Source: Cycas panzhihuaensis (taxonomy: Eukaryota > Plantae > Cycadophyta). Taken from it: a DNA stretch of 64,000 nucleotides. Under the pieces are notes generated by a model, which did not search any database, was not told the origin of the DNA, and saw only the letters and a program-made list of their open reading frames with translations. The translations under genes and the position numbers were made by a program. Shown here piece after piece: positions 23,601-36,800 of this stretch. The stretch's first letter is position 1. Every line of letters begins with the position of its first letter. The stretch is from assembly GCA_023213395.1 (NCBI GenBank), contig CM041465.1, forward strand, positions 88,791,741-88,855,740, in the 5' to 3' direction.

Positions 23601-25014
23601 AAAAAGAACTGGAAAATGTTCCTACAGATGCTTTATTGCGAATCCCAAAAACATCTCCTTACAAAAAATCTCCATGGCTACTCCAAGTTGGATTCACAAG
23701 CTAACCTAGGAATATCTAAACAATCTAATAACCTAGAAAATGCTACAAGAAGCTCACATTGAAGAAAAGACTAAGTACAAACTCAAGGGTGGTCTGATTC
23801 TACAAAAAGGAAAGATTGTTGTACCAACTATGTCTACATTCAAGGATAAAATTCTTCACCAAGCACATTCCACTCCAATGACAAGACATGTCAAGATCGA
23901 CAAGACATATCACAATATTTGCAATATTTTTATTGAAAGGAATGAAAGCAAGTACTTACAAGTTTGTCTTGAAATGCGATGTGTCAAAGGAACAAGAATG
24001 AGAGAATAAATCCCCAAGTTGCTTCAATGCTTACATATATCGCAAACAAAATGGGAGGAAATTTCAATGAGTTTTATAATAGGGCTTCCAAGTCGAAAAC
24101 AAGGACACAATCTTCATCATGGTTGACCATTTAATCAAATATACCCATTTCAAAGGAACCCAAGCAATAGGAAAAGCAAGTCAAATTGTTGAACTCTTCA
24201 TCAAAGAAATTTACAATTACATGGATTCTAAAAACTCATCACAAGAATCAGAATCTAAATTCACAAGCAATTTTTGGCAAGAACTACTCAAACAAGCTAG
24301 CACAAAATTTTCCATGACCACCACTTATCATCCATAGACCGATAGTCAAACCAAGGTAGTAAATAAATGTCTTGAAGGGTATCTACATAATTTTACATCT
24401 GACAAATAACAACAATGGCACAATTGGCTTCACCTGAATGAATGGTGGCACAATACCACTTACCATACATCAACCAAGATGACCTCTTTCCAAGCATTAT
24501 ATGGTTTCAAACCCCCTTCACTTCTCGCATGGGCTAACACCTCACAAATTCAATATGTACAAGAACAAGAAGAGCAAATGGAGTCAACAGTGTAAATACT
24601 CAAGAACAATCTCAATTTAGCCAAATTTTGGGTGAAATAAGAAGCTAATTTATGCAAAATAGAAAGATCATTCGAAGCAAGCAATTGGGTGTTTTTGAGG
24701 CTTCAACCATATAAACAAACCACTATGAAACAACTAAGCAAATTCAAATTACAATCTTGATTTTTGGGTCTATACCAAATTTTAGACAAGGTGGGTGAAG
24801 TAGCATACTAACTTGACTCGCCTCAAACCAGTCACATCCATAACATCTTCCATGTCTCTTACCTCAAATGTAAGATAGGACCAACTACCGTCCCACAAAC
24901 AAAATTACTCGTGTTGAATGAAGAAGGAAAAATGATACTAGAACTAGAAGGCATCTTGGATATGAATTAAGAAACTACACTCCAAAGAAACTGTGAGTAC
25001 TTGATTAAATAGAA
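20647..25014 (+). pseudogene. G1 gag-pol
   Basis: GMCFDCNGKWSRDHRC; ALVNSGDTHNFI; YFSKIDLCSGYYQI; VMPFGLTN; [11 protein letters not shown]; ECDAS; YHP.TDSQTKVVNKCLE; IFHVSYL; EYLIK. Confidence 0.93.
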
Positions 25015-25441
25015 TATTAGTGATAGTTAACTTAGGTTAACTATACACTTAATGCTTCATTAGGGGATAGTTATCGTGTGCAGGTGTGATAGAGAGATGC
25101 ATCCTTATGCTAATGTGAACGATAAAGAGTCGAGACCATATGGGAAATAATATGATACCATTTTAGGGTATATTTATATGTAACCCCTTGGTATTCCAAT
25201 CATCAACTCATATCAATGTGATCTCATCAAATTTGCTCATGTTCTATCTCACCCTTGAAACATTGTGTATTATTTTATTTTAATATATCAAGCATTATGT
25301 TGGTGGATTTTCTCTCTCAAGAGTTTCCCATGATAATTCTAGTGTTTGAATCTCCTTATGCATGTTCCTGGGGTGTAACAGTCCCTGCCTCTAGTTGGTT
25401 TAACACCTGACCTGCAACTTGCATACACACAAACCTTCACA
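25015..25441 (+). repeat. 5' LTR of C
   Basis: Direct repeat of 29285-29701; terminal TG mutated to TA. Confidence 0.92.
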
Positions 25442-26874
25442 TGGTATCAAAGCCTGAGGAAGCAAGGAACGACGTTAGAACCTAGATTTGAGATTGGAAA
25501 TGAGTGAGTTTGGCACTAACCAGTCAAATTTGAAGGTTGGAGATCCATTGATTGGGTTGACACTAAGAAAAGTGGCCATCCAGAGTTGCCAAAATGCATT
25601 GGGCACCTTATATGCTTGTGGCACCAACAGTGGAAGCTATACAATGATGTTGGGCATCAATTGAAACTATACAACGACATCGGACTAAGATTGGGATCAT
25701 AAAAGTAGTGTTGGGCAAGTTTTGAAGACATTGGGCACCGTTTGATTGTGTTGGGCTTCAAATTGAAGTTGTACAACAAAGAATAGGCAGTTTTTGATAA
25801 ATAGATTGGTTGATGCATGAACTGAATGAGTTTGAAGAAGAATCTACTCATCTGACTTCATTATGAGCAATCTAGGAGGATTTGAAAGCTATGTGCAACC
25901 TTGTGACCAAGCATTGCAACAATAAAAAAATTAAGATATATTAACTCTAAAAGCCATATAGTTTTCAAATGTTGGAGAAAACACTATAAAAACTGCCATT
26001 GTGCATAATTGCATGAAGAATTTGCCATTGTTGAAGAAAAACCGCCATAGTTTGACATGAATCTCAACGCATTAATATTTGATTAATCAATATTAATCGA
26101 CAAAGTATTAACACAAATATAATTACGACCATTTCATTATGAAATTAATCACGAGGGTTGTGCAACAGATTTCATCGTGAAACTAATCCCACGAGTCAAA
26201 TGTAGCCATCATTTTTGGAAATTAATCGCAAAAATATTGATATGATAATATTTGATACATATATATCATTGATATATAGTTTGATCAATAAAGTCACACG
26301 TAGGTTGAAAATCTGCCATAGAGATCGGGCCATCGACGAGAACGGAATGATATATTGAACAATGCTTCGATATTTCAATATGGTTTGAAGGGCCGATTAA
26401 TAGAGATTGATCATATTTTTTAAGGACGTGGATTAATATTATTCAATTAATATTATTCGTACGATTTTGGAGGTGGTATAATTGAAGAGAATATTCTATT
26501 GAATAATCTGAATTTAATATTTGGTTAAAACTTTAGATAAAGTGTTTTATTCGGCTTTTTAAAGCACTTTACAACATTTATTAAGTGATTATTCCATCTG
26601 AATTCAGCCCAACAATATGCGACGTCCGTGTACAAAGTATATTGCTTTCATCAAGGAGTTTATTGTGTTAAAAAGTGTTTTTAAATACACTATTTCTTCG
26701 ATTGACATTAGAAGGCATATTATTTGTAGAGAACGCATGAAACATATATCAAAATCTCAGTGAAGTGATATACGAAGCTGTGATTTAGGCTTCGTAAAGT
26801 GTTAAACAGTGGAAACTAAGATTTATAATCGTGATTGGCAATAAAGTGGAAGTGAACTCGAAATATCTATAAAC

Positions 26875-27534
26875 ATGGACACTAGAACAACTTTATTGAC
26901 ACAAGTGATCTTTGACGGCAACAATTTCAAGGAGTGGAAATCCAACACAGAGCTTGTGTTGATGGTCTAGGAGCTTTGAGATCTAACCTGCGAGGCTCCA
27001 CCCGAGAAAAAGGAAGGGTAAGTTGATGTTAAATCAGATAAACTCACACGGAGAACACAGCTTCATGCCATTGGTCTACTAAAGCTCTCAGTTGCCCCAA
27101 ATCAGAGAGCATTTGTCCAGAAGTTGGATATGCCACACGACATTTGGAGGACCCTATGTAACATGTTTGAATGTAAGAAGACAAACCATTTGGTTGTCTT
27201 ATTGGGTGAACTGTTCAACTCCTGCATTGAGGATGAGAGCAACATCAACACCTATTTGAATAGGTTGACTGATATTAGGAATAAGCTAGAGGGAATAGAA
27301 GAAGATTTGATTAGTGATAAAATCCTATTCGCAATTATCATGAACAAGTTACCAACAACTTACAACACCTTTCAGACAGTGTATAATGTTGACGAGATGT
27401 TGCAAGATACCTCATTTCAGAAGCTAAGGGAGCTACTTGCAAAAGAAGCTAAGCTTAAACATCACTTTGTGGGTTCTATTGACACTAGTCATGCCCTATC
27501 CTCAAAAGTTCAGAAGAATGAGGATGAAGTTTGA
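26875..27534 (+). pseudogene. Copia gag (UBN2-type) of element C
   Basis: FDGNNFKEWKS...HDIWRTLCNMFE...YLNRLTDIRNKLEGI...IIMNKLPTTY. Only scraps of PR, INT and RH follow (LLRSNSGKAY; VANQFT). Confidence 0.85.
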
Positions 27535-29284
27535 GATAAACATTCACATGAAAAGGGTACCAATAAAGGGAAGAAGAAGATGGGCCACAGGGAAAAGGAC
27601 TACTAGGTGAGGAAAAGAATTGAAGGCAAGCCAATGGAAAGGAGAAGATTACAAATTATTATGTCCGAGTGTTAGCTAACCTGTGCACTCAACAACATAT
27701 CCCCTAGAAAGCGTAGTTTTGATGTGTTAAACCAAAATTTTGGCCAAACAAACATCATACTTGATAATGTTGATGTGGTACCAATAAAAAGGTTGAAACA
27801 ACAGTTGAAAGGTGGTTGTCTCGAGAAGGTGTGTTATACACCTAGAATGAATCACAATCTTCTTTCTACTCGTGATACCTAGGTATACTCTTCCAAAGAT
27901 AAATCAAAAGTGAAACAATTTAAAGCGACAAGTGAAAAGATATGTGAAAATTAGATAAAATTGTTAAGGAGTAATAGTGGAAAAGCCTACAACAATTACA
28001 TTTCTAAGTTATGTTCTAATCATGGTATTGAGTTAATCCCACATGATGGAGTTGCCACATGGAAGGTTGATACCTTGATTGACATGGAGTTATGTAGGGT
28101 GCAAACACAACATATGCCATCCAATTTTGAGATGTGTCGTGAGAATTGATGTTCACATTATGAACCGATTCCAACCTTTGCTCAAAGTGTGATGCCACAT
28201 GAAAGTCGGACCAATCGAAAGCCTTCCATTTAAAAATCTTCACATGCATCACAAATGCACTAAGCTCTAATGCATAATTGAAGCAATCTAACCATAGTTG
28301 CAAAAGTGCTTTGTAGAATACTATGGAAACAAATACACGATAGACTATGGAACTGTGATGCGTATGTCTTCATTGTCAAGATATAAAGATTGATGAAGCA
28401 TCAACATACCGCTTGATAAGCCTCTACTATCAGATGTTTGTTAACCCCCCCCTTCACGACATCTCCTAATCTTGCAAAGGTCGAGCTCCAAGAGGAAGAT
28501 AAAGTAAAGGTAATAAAAACGCTAGTTACTTGTTGAGGAGATGGCAACCTCCACTAAGTCATTGTTGGCCATAACTAAGGATGTAACAGAAAGGCTAAAT
28601 GAAACTCGAACTACTAGTCAACTTCAAATGACGAAAATCATTCACTCCCATGTTCCTGATTCATTATGGCAAATGAATCCTTCCTAGAGAGCAATTGTGG
28701 AGAAGGATAAAGATTCTTTACATAGAAATATACCTTCTACTCAAATTGACCCTGAGATGACGATCGCACCTGCTGATCAAAAATCAAGAAATGTGTCAAA
28801 TATAGCAGCTACATTTGATGGAGAGTTACATCAAAATAATATTCAGTCTACATTTCTTAAACTAGACTTGAGGACATTATATCAAGCACAAACCTCTGAG
28901 GCCATTAAAGAAGGACAAAATAAACTTTTATGCCAATTAAATTGCGCTAATGGTACATACCATGTGTTCGATTTGGACTTGTCTTCAGTTGATGAAACAT
29001 TATGACTTGTGGAAGAAGCTCTTAGTTTGGGGGAAGAGTACCTGCAAGATCAAGTATCGATATTAGAACCAAGATACTAGTTGATTATTCAAGAGGTGTT
29101 TGATGAAAGCAAGCTTCAAGAGATTCCTTCAACCAATAACCGGGTTGCAAATCAATTCACGGCTATTGGATAAGCGCCACTAGTCAACACTCAAAGAAGA
29201 TCATCCTTGAGGGGATCACCACAAGGATGATCTCCGACTAATGGAGCAATTAACTTTGTTTCATCCCTATTCGCATTAAGGGGA

Positions 29285-29701
29285 TGTTAGCTTATAGTTA
29301 ACTTAGGTTAACTATACACTTAGTGCCTCATTAGGGATAGTTATCATGTGCAAAAGCGCCAAAGAGATGCATCCTTATGCTAATAGGTATGATGAAGAGT
29401 CGTGACCATATAAATAATACGATACCATTTCAGGGTATATTTATATATACCCCCTTGGTATTCCAATCATCAACTCATATCAATGTTATCTCATCAAATT
29501 TGCTCGTGTTCCATCTCACCCTTGAAACACTGTGTGTTGTTTTATTTTAATATATCGAACATTGTGTTGGTGGGTTTTCTCTCTGTGAGTTTCCCATGAT
29601 AAATCGTGTTCAAGTCTCCTTGTGCATGTTCCTAGCGGTAACAGCCTCGCCCGGTTGGTTTAACACCCGACCTGTAGCCTGCATATACACCAATCTTAAT
29701 A
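29285..29701 (+). repeat. 3' LTR of C
   Basis: TGTTAG...; terminal CA mutated to TA; followed by TSD. Confidence 0.92.
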
Positions 29702-29810
29702 TAGAAGATTCAAGATCATGAAGAAGCCACTTGGGAATCTGAAGACTAGTACCAACAACATGCAAACCTTCCCATGCTTCAAGGGCAAAGCATGTTTTTA
29801 CTGGGAGGGA
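29702..29810 (+). pseudogene. G1 chromodomain C-terminal half
   Basis: EYLIK(W)|KIQDHEEATWESED rejoins across element C. Confidence 0.85.
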
Positions 29811-29812
29811 CT

Positions 29813-30193
29813 TCTTGCATTCCCTTCCTAAGTCTAACCAACTTAATACCTACCTTGTGACTGACTTCAAATTGCAATATTAAGTATCTAGTATGGCTGA
29901 CTTCAAAGTGCAGTATAAAGAATTTATTTTAGCCAACTTTAATCACTCATCTTGGCTAACTTCTATATGTAGGTTATGGTTGCCTATATATAGGACTTTT
30001 TCGTGCTTAGTGGAATCACTGCCTGTGTCTCTAATATGCCATATTTTTGGCCCTAAGGAGTGGATTTTAGGAGGACACCTCACCTCAAAGAGGGTACCTT
30101 TTACTCTTTATTTACTATAAGTTTTGGAATCCTTGCGTGATACTCTTCCTTGGTTTTCACTATAGTTGTGGTGTGAATTCTAGGAATTCTACA
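29813..30193 (+). repeat. 3' LTR of G1 (internally shortened)
   Basis: Homologous to the 5' LTR, ~110 nt shorter. Confidence 0.8.
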
Positions 30194-33100
30194 AGAAACC
30201 CGCCAAAGTCGGTGTTCCTTTTCCTTCCCATTATTTTCGCAAGAAGATATATTTCCATTTTCTTCTCCAACTTGAAAGGCTTGCCAAGGTACTCTTCCTT
30301 GGTTTTCACTAAGCTTGGCATTTCCTCCATCCATGTATGAATCGACTTATCTAAGGGTTTATTCTACCTCAAGTCTTGAGCTATTTCTTCAACATTTAAC
30401 AATTTGCCTGACTAACATGACATCAATTGTCAAGCCCGCTTGAAGAAGCCCAAACTCCCCTAAACTTCCTAGTCATTGGAGTGTCTCTATCAAACAATTC
30501 TACCAAGTTGATCTTTAAGCCTTTATGACATCGAGCTATTAAGCCAAAGGATTTCTCTCAATGCCTAGAAGACAAACCCACATTGGCCATGACTAAACAA
30601 AGAATTTCTATATTTTTCCTAAAAATGATCTAGATGGCAAGCAAGGCTAAACAAAGAGACGAAGGCTAGTAGAAGGCACTTACTTTCTTCAAAGTATATT
30701 TGCAATTGCATTGGCACGCTAAAGGGGAAATTATTCGCCAAGGTAACACAACAAGAAGCATTCACAATTAGCCATAATAACTTTACATGCAATGAGAATG
30801 ATAATATAGAAACAATGCAATGACTAAGGGAAAAAGAGGTAGTAGTTGAGGGATTAGACTCAAAACTAAATAGGGCCATTAATACGCATGCTCAACAACA
30901 ATGTGAGAATTAATGGTGACACTACTTCCGAAGCCAATTTCATCCCACATCGCATTTCGATGGAAGGATGCCTTAGCCAAATCTTGGAGCATTTTGCGAA
31001 ATGTGATATCATTCCATTGTGCATCACACTTCACCTTATGATTTAGTATTCCTACTTTATGAAGGGGCTAGATCATTGCCATGTATTTAGTCATCTAACG
31101 ATCTATGTGAGTATGCAAATTGTGGGCAGTCGATACTGTACTTTTATCGCATATTGCATTTTCGCTCTCTTCCTCATGCCCCAAATCTATCTAGAATTTG
31201 TGATATGTGACGTGATATTCTTACTTTTGCCACACATCGTATATCGCATTTTAACTAAGGATATCTTACCATATTTGATCAGAAATATGATATGTGACTA
31301 ATCCCAACACATCACACTCGCAAGTTTCTGTATTGAAAACTTCATGCAATTACTTGCCTTTGAGAGCTTCTAACCCTAAAATTTCACTAATTTTCTCATT
31401 ACGTCCTATTCTACTCTTCACTCAAGCTAGTTATAACAAGAAAATTTCTTCCCAACCCTTCTACAACAGCATAAACACTTAAGATTGCCCTCATTGTCAT
31501 GATGAAATCTCGCTTTGGTTTATGTTCAGACTGGGAAAATCATCACCAAACAAGAGTCTTTTAGGATAACACTTGACAACAAATGTAATCAAGAAGGTTC
31601 AAAGTATCCCTTTCATCAAGTCACCTTAGTTCTACATGTGCAAGTGAAATTTAATTTCATGCAAGTGAAGCAAAAGTCCTCCCTCATCACATATTGCATA
31701 TCACAATTCCTCCATGTGCATAAAATGACTTCTAACTTGCAATTTGTGAGATGCAATATTTGAGCCACATCACTTTCCTTCAACCTCTTAATAAAAAAAT
31801 TCCTTTTATCACACTCAACAAATTTGATCAATAACTGACCCAAAAATGGGTCAACAATAGTGAACCTTATAAAATGAAAAATAACTTTAAGTGACACATG
31901 GAGATTGGAACCCGAGTCGCCAAGACGCCTTTTGTTTAGTTTTACAAAATAGAGGGCATGTTTTGGGCACTAAATTAGTCATAACTTCTTCAACCGCTTA
32001 GAATCGTATGAATTTTCACTAAAAATTCCTTACAATTTTAGCTTCAATGACATTAAGTTTGCCCATTTTCAAGCTAAATTCCATGCGCTATTGCAAATAA
32101 CAACTTGACACATTTTTACACATAATAAGAGCTTTTTTCCTACAAAGTTGTTACTTCCTTTATTGAACACAAAAAAAGAAGAAAATTTCATGAAGACAAG
32201 ATCACCAAATAGCAAGTGCCTTGAAATCATTACTCTATAAATTTATGTTATAGTTTCAACACAAATTTTCTCTTATTCTACCCATTATTTCCCATGCATA
32301 GCAATTCATTAACATAAGACAAAGTGCATGCAGTTATTCACTTCTTGACCATGTAAGATTTATAAATTTTACTAATTCATCAACAAAACATAAACAAACT
32401 ATGCACACTTATTTGTCGCAATAGTTGCTTGAACACAAGAGAGAATGCTCATAAAATAGTGCACATAAATTCTTTTTCAACATAACCTTGACAAACAAGT
32501 TCTTGTTCAATTCCAACAAGATTTTTGCACCAAAACTAAGAAATTTACTCCTCCACTTGGACACACACACCAAGCTAGATTGAAACAACCCTGATCTACA
32601 TAGATCATAGAATTGGCCACCACCAATCCTCCCCTAAGCTAGGAAAACCAAGAGATTGAGTGGTTGTACAAAACATTTCCTCACAACTAACCATAACTTG
32701 CTTGATTATAAACAATATTAGGGTTGCAAGTACATAATTAATCTAGCACATGGGCACTTCAAATGGCAAGGGTAACCTTTGGAATGGTTCCAACAAGCCA
32801 AATGATAAAAAGAGATAGAAAACAATGAAAATTCCATTATAGAAGTCTACTAAGGGCAATAAGATGGGACAAGAAGCATAAGTTGCAGAAAATTTAAAAG
32901 AAATTGTCATTAGCTGAGACCAAGGACAGGTTCACTAATAGGCCAAAAAATAATGGGACTTGGACACCCCTAATATCCAATAGTGGACTTAGTACACCGA
33001 CACTAGAAGCAACCTCAGCAATGAAAAGAGGCCCATCTATTAGACCTCGACGAGGCACTAGCAATGCTAAAGGGAAGACCTAACTGGGAAGAGACAAGTT

Positions 33101-33389
33101 TGGAGAGTGTGAACCACAACAAGGATAAAGTAAAGGAAGGTTCCAAGACACACTGGGAAAATTATGTCACCAAGAAATTCTTCAACACGCCACCAAAGCC
33201 TTAGCAGTGCAAATACCAAGGGTTAGAACAACCATATACTTCAGAATACTACATTGTAACCTATTGTTCAAAGTTAGTCAAAAGCCAAAACCATCAAAAG
33301 CCAGCATGCTAATAACTATTGTTAATGCACCAATTGAGAAGTCACCTTGCATAAACAAATTGTCCAAGATGGTGAATCCCACAACACCA

Positions 33390-33860
33390 ATAGTTAGCCA
33401 TCTTATATTTGATGGAATGATTGATGTGGCAGAACACTCATATCTCTTCAAAACATGATAGCATTATGAAATATTAAAGATGAAGATGATATCAAGGGTC
33501 ATTTCTCATGCACACTGTGGGATACCGCCATATGGTATAAGAATTTAAGGGCTAATATGATTCCATGGCAGGAAGTCACATGGAAATTTCACGAAAAATT
33601 TTAGAAACTTCATAGCGATCAAAGTTATCATTGAAGTACTACATGACATTAAATAGAAGCAAGGAGAATCTATGCTTGATTATGGGAGTCATATGACTGC
33701 TATTACAAAAACATAACTAGTGAGGAGAAAGTTACAGACTACTTAATGCAAAAGTACTTCATCAATGGGTTGTTAAAACTCCATGATTAATTGCGATAAC
33801 TCCCAATTGAAACATTTACAAAGCAAAAAACATTGCCCTAAAGTTCAAAAAGCAGATGAA
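33390..33860 (+). pseudogene. Isolated Ty3/Gypsy Retrotrans_gag fragment
   Basis: FSCTLWDTAIWYKNL..W.E...F; KQGESMLDY; QKYFINGL. Confidence 0.65.
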
Positions 33861-36800
33861 CAATGATGTTAATGCAGAGTTACTTTAGGTCTTTAGAGTC
33901 CTTGGGGTGCTTTTCCCCCTTTAAAATTTTATGTTGTACCTTTGTAACACCCCCTTTTTAGGTGGGGTTAATGTTAGCCAATGTTTATTAATGCTAATTA
34001 GGTATAATTGATAAGTGTTTGGATATTCTCATTGATTCATTTACTCAACAAACCAAATGAACCCAATCAATAATGTAATGTATAAATGTATCTCATTTTA
34101 ATAAAGAATGGTTGGACTATGGTTGAGGCACATTTTGATAAATTAACGATATTCTCTTATCTTTCTTCTTCCTCAATCTCTTTTGTCTCATCATTTTTCA
34201 CTTGCACACTTGAGAGAGAGAAGTATCAATTAGCATATACAACACACAAGAGAATGGAGGATCATTTCGAGATGGAGATGCAGGAGAGAGATCAGTCATC
34301 GACAAAGCATTCCTTAGGTGCACTATTAATTCCTCTATTCAAAGAACACATTAAGTAGTCATTTAATGAGAATTCTATCAATATCAAAGAACCTTATGCT
34401 TCTATGTTGTTCACCATTCACTAATTTGCTTTAAATTAACTCAAATTTAAAAAAATAATAAAAAAATTATATGTGTGTGTGTGTTAAATTCAGTGGTAGA
34501 AGTTGCTCTTCATGCACTAGTGCTTCCCTCCATTAATAAACCATATTCAATGTCTTCGTCATGTCAATGGTGTTGGTCTAGGCACATTTCTCAGCCTTTA
34601 AACGTTGCCCTATGCAATGTGAAAGCCACCATTTATTTACATCAAAAGCATTGTGAGATTGATACATTAATCAAAACATTTTAAGGCTTGCATTGCACAT
34701 AATAAGGTGTCATACCTAAACACATTTTATTCAAATCGTTCAACCTCCTTACCTACCCAATTCATGTCTTTCCAAATGTTGCTCAACATGTGAAGAAGAC
34801 AATAAGTTTTGAATGGAACTTACATTTGAAAAAGTTGGTCTTTTCATCTACTCTATGCTTGCCTCTGATTTTCGATCATCAGTGTCAATTTAATGTGAAT
34901 TAAGATATGTCACAAAAGAAAGACAAATTAAGGCAACTCTTCATACGAGTGTAATATTGATCAATTCATGCTTTGACGCTACCCATCAAGCCTTCATTTA
35001 AATGTTGAACAATGTTGATCTTTGCATTGAACAAGCCAACAATTAACATACTATCATAACATTCCAAGTTGCCAACTAAAATCATACTAATTCGCCAATC
35101 CTCAATTGCAACAACAGTGGCCACTTTCATGCCTATTAAACAAAAATCTTTGAATATATCTTTCATAGCCAGATTTTGCACTTTTCCTTGTGGTTGTCAT
35201 TTGATCTAGTCAAACACAAAAGTTGTCAATCAAATGTTTCTCTCAAACATCAATCACTACAGCAAGCGCCCTTCATCTATCCTTTAAAGCACCCCATTGC
35301 ACATTGATAAATTCTTTTTTTCTTTTTTATAATGACTTATCATGGAAGCACAAACAATGAAAAAGCATCATAAAAAAAAATTATCGCACTTTGATCGATG
35401 ACGCACATTTGATATTCACATAACTACCTATTCATAAGTATTTGCTTGACTTACTTCCATATGGTCTGTTAAGATTTGATTGACTAGTGCTTTTTTCGAT
35501 TTTAGGCTTATAAGTATTTTAGAGAATCTAATTTGTTTTTATTTTGGTATCTCATTTCGATGAGTGAGTTAGGTCTAATGGTCAGGGGGTGTGTGTTAGG
35601 CCACTAGTTAGTAACAAGTCACGCTTGAGTCCCCTTGACTTATTCTTTACAAAGGCACATACACACCCCACATTTTAATTAAATTTTCTTTTATACATGT
35701 TTCATTTTTTTGCACGCTTATACTCAACTCTTTAATGTCATTTTATTTAAACTAAGTTAATATTGCCCCATTTTCAATCAAATCTTGACGAATGTTGCAT
35801 GAAATTGAATTCAGAATTGAAATTTCTTTAAAGTGGAATGACAGTTACTAGAATATGTTATATAATGAATATCAAAGATTTATTTTAACATGTAAAGCAA
35901 CCTTTGATGACTTCAATTTATACTTTCATAATCGATATTTCTTATTGATTTTGATGCATAGAAACTTGATGCATATAGATTATTTTTTTATGTGTTTATT
36001 CAATCAACATTTGTCTTCTTGCTTTCACAATTTGAGAAGGGAAATTTGAAGTAGAATCCATGTTTCATTAAAGGCATTTTAATATGTTTAATGCTTTAAA
36101 ATCATGCACTCACCTAGTCGTCGTCGTGCAAGATCAATGGTAGGTATCCTCTATCTTTTCATATAGGCAATTAGGGTTTTAGTGTCATTATTGTGTATGT
36201 AGAATAGGAGAATTTTAGTCATATACATGTTGTATTCTTTCAAAATAAAAGTAGACTAGGGGGGAAGGGGATTTTTTGCGTTCGCATTTAATTGATTTTG
36301 ATTATTAATTGATCTAGAAAACCAAAGATGGTTTCATTTAGCCGCATTTCATATAGGCAAACTAACTTATGTAGGTGTTATCGTGTGCTCTACTAAAAGT
36401 TGTGAACACACACACACACACACATATGCATGCACAGAAAACAACAAAAATTTTCATTTTTGTTTTACAAACACGCACTCGACAAACTCATGATTTGGCA
36501 GGTCCTCAGTGATGCCTACCACTTCCGTTCACTACATCATTCCTTTGACGTGGTGGGTAACGACTTTTTCCATTGTGGGAAATTAAAACAAGGCGTTGTC
36601 AAAGTATTTTCACTTCTTCGACCTATCGTCATCTCTGGGATCCCCAAGTACATCCTAGGTGTTTGTCAAGTTGAAATCTTACCCCATTGCTCTTACCAAG
36701 ATGCTATGAGACTAAGACCCTCCACATAAATAGGACTCCAAGTGTGCCAAACCCTTAGCTAGCTAAGGCTAGTTTCCTAATAGTGGTGTGACCATACTGG

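Larger units (their letters stand above)
25015..29701 (+). mobile_element. Non-autonomous Copia-derived element C (gag retained, RT absent)
   Basis: LTRs 25015-25441 and 29285-29701; PBS 25442-25453; PPT ~29278-29284; perfect TSD TAGAA; inserted in the G1 chromodomain. Confidence 0.92.
19992..30193 (+). mobile_element. Ty3/Gypsy chromovirus G1 (Reina-like), decayed
   Basis: Diverged LTRs ~19992-20485 and ~29813-30193; PBS 20488-20499; PPT 29803-29810; gag-PR-RT-RH-INT-chromodomain. No TSD recognised. Confidence 0.88.

Noticed and set aside
30200-30920. Coiled-coil-like reading frames
   Set aside because: Too decayed to assign; probably accessory ORF remnants of older elements.
32760-32790. 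Possible LTR end and PBS (CTTCA-AATGGCAAGGG) upstream of the 33.4-kb gag
   Set aside because: No second LTR and no confident tRNA match, so not annotated.
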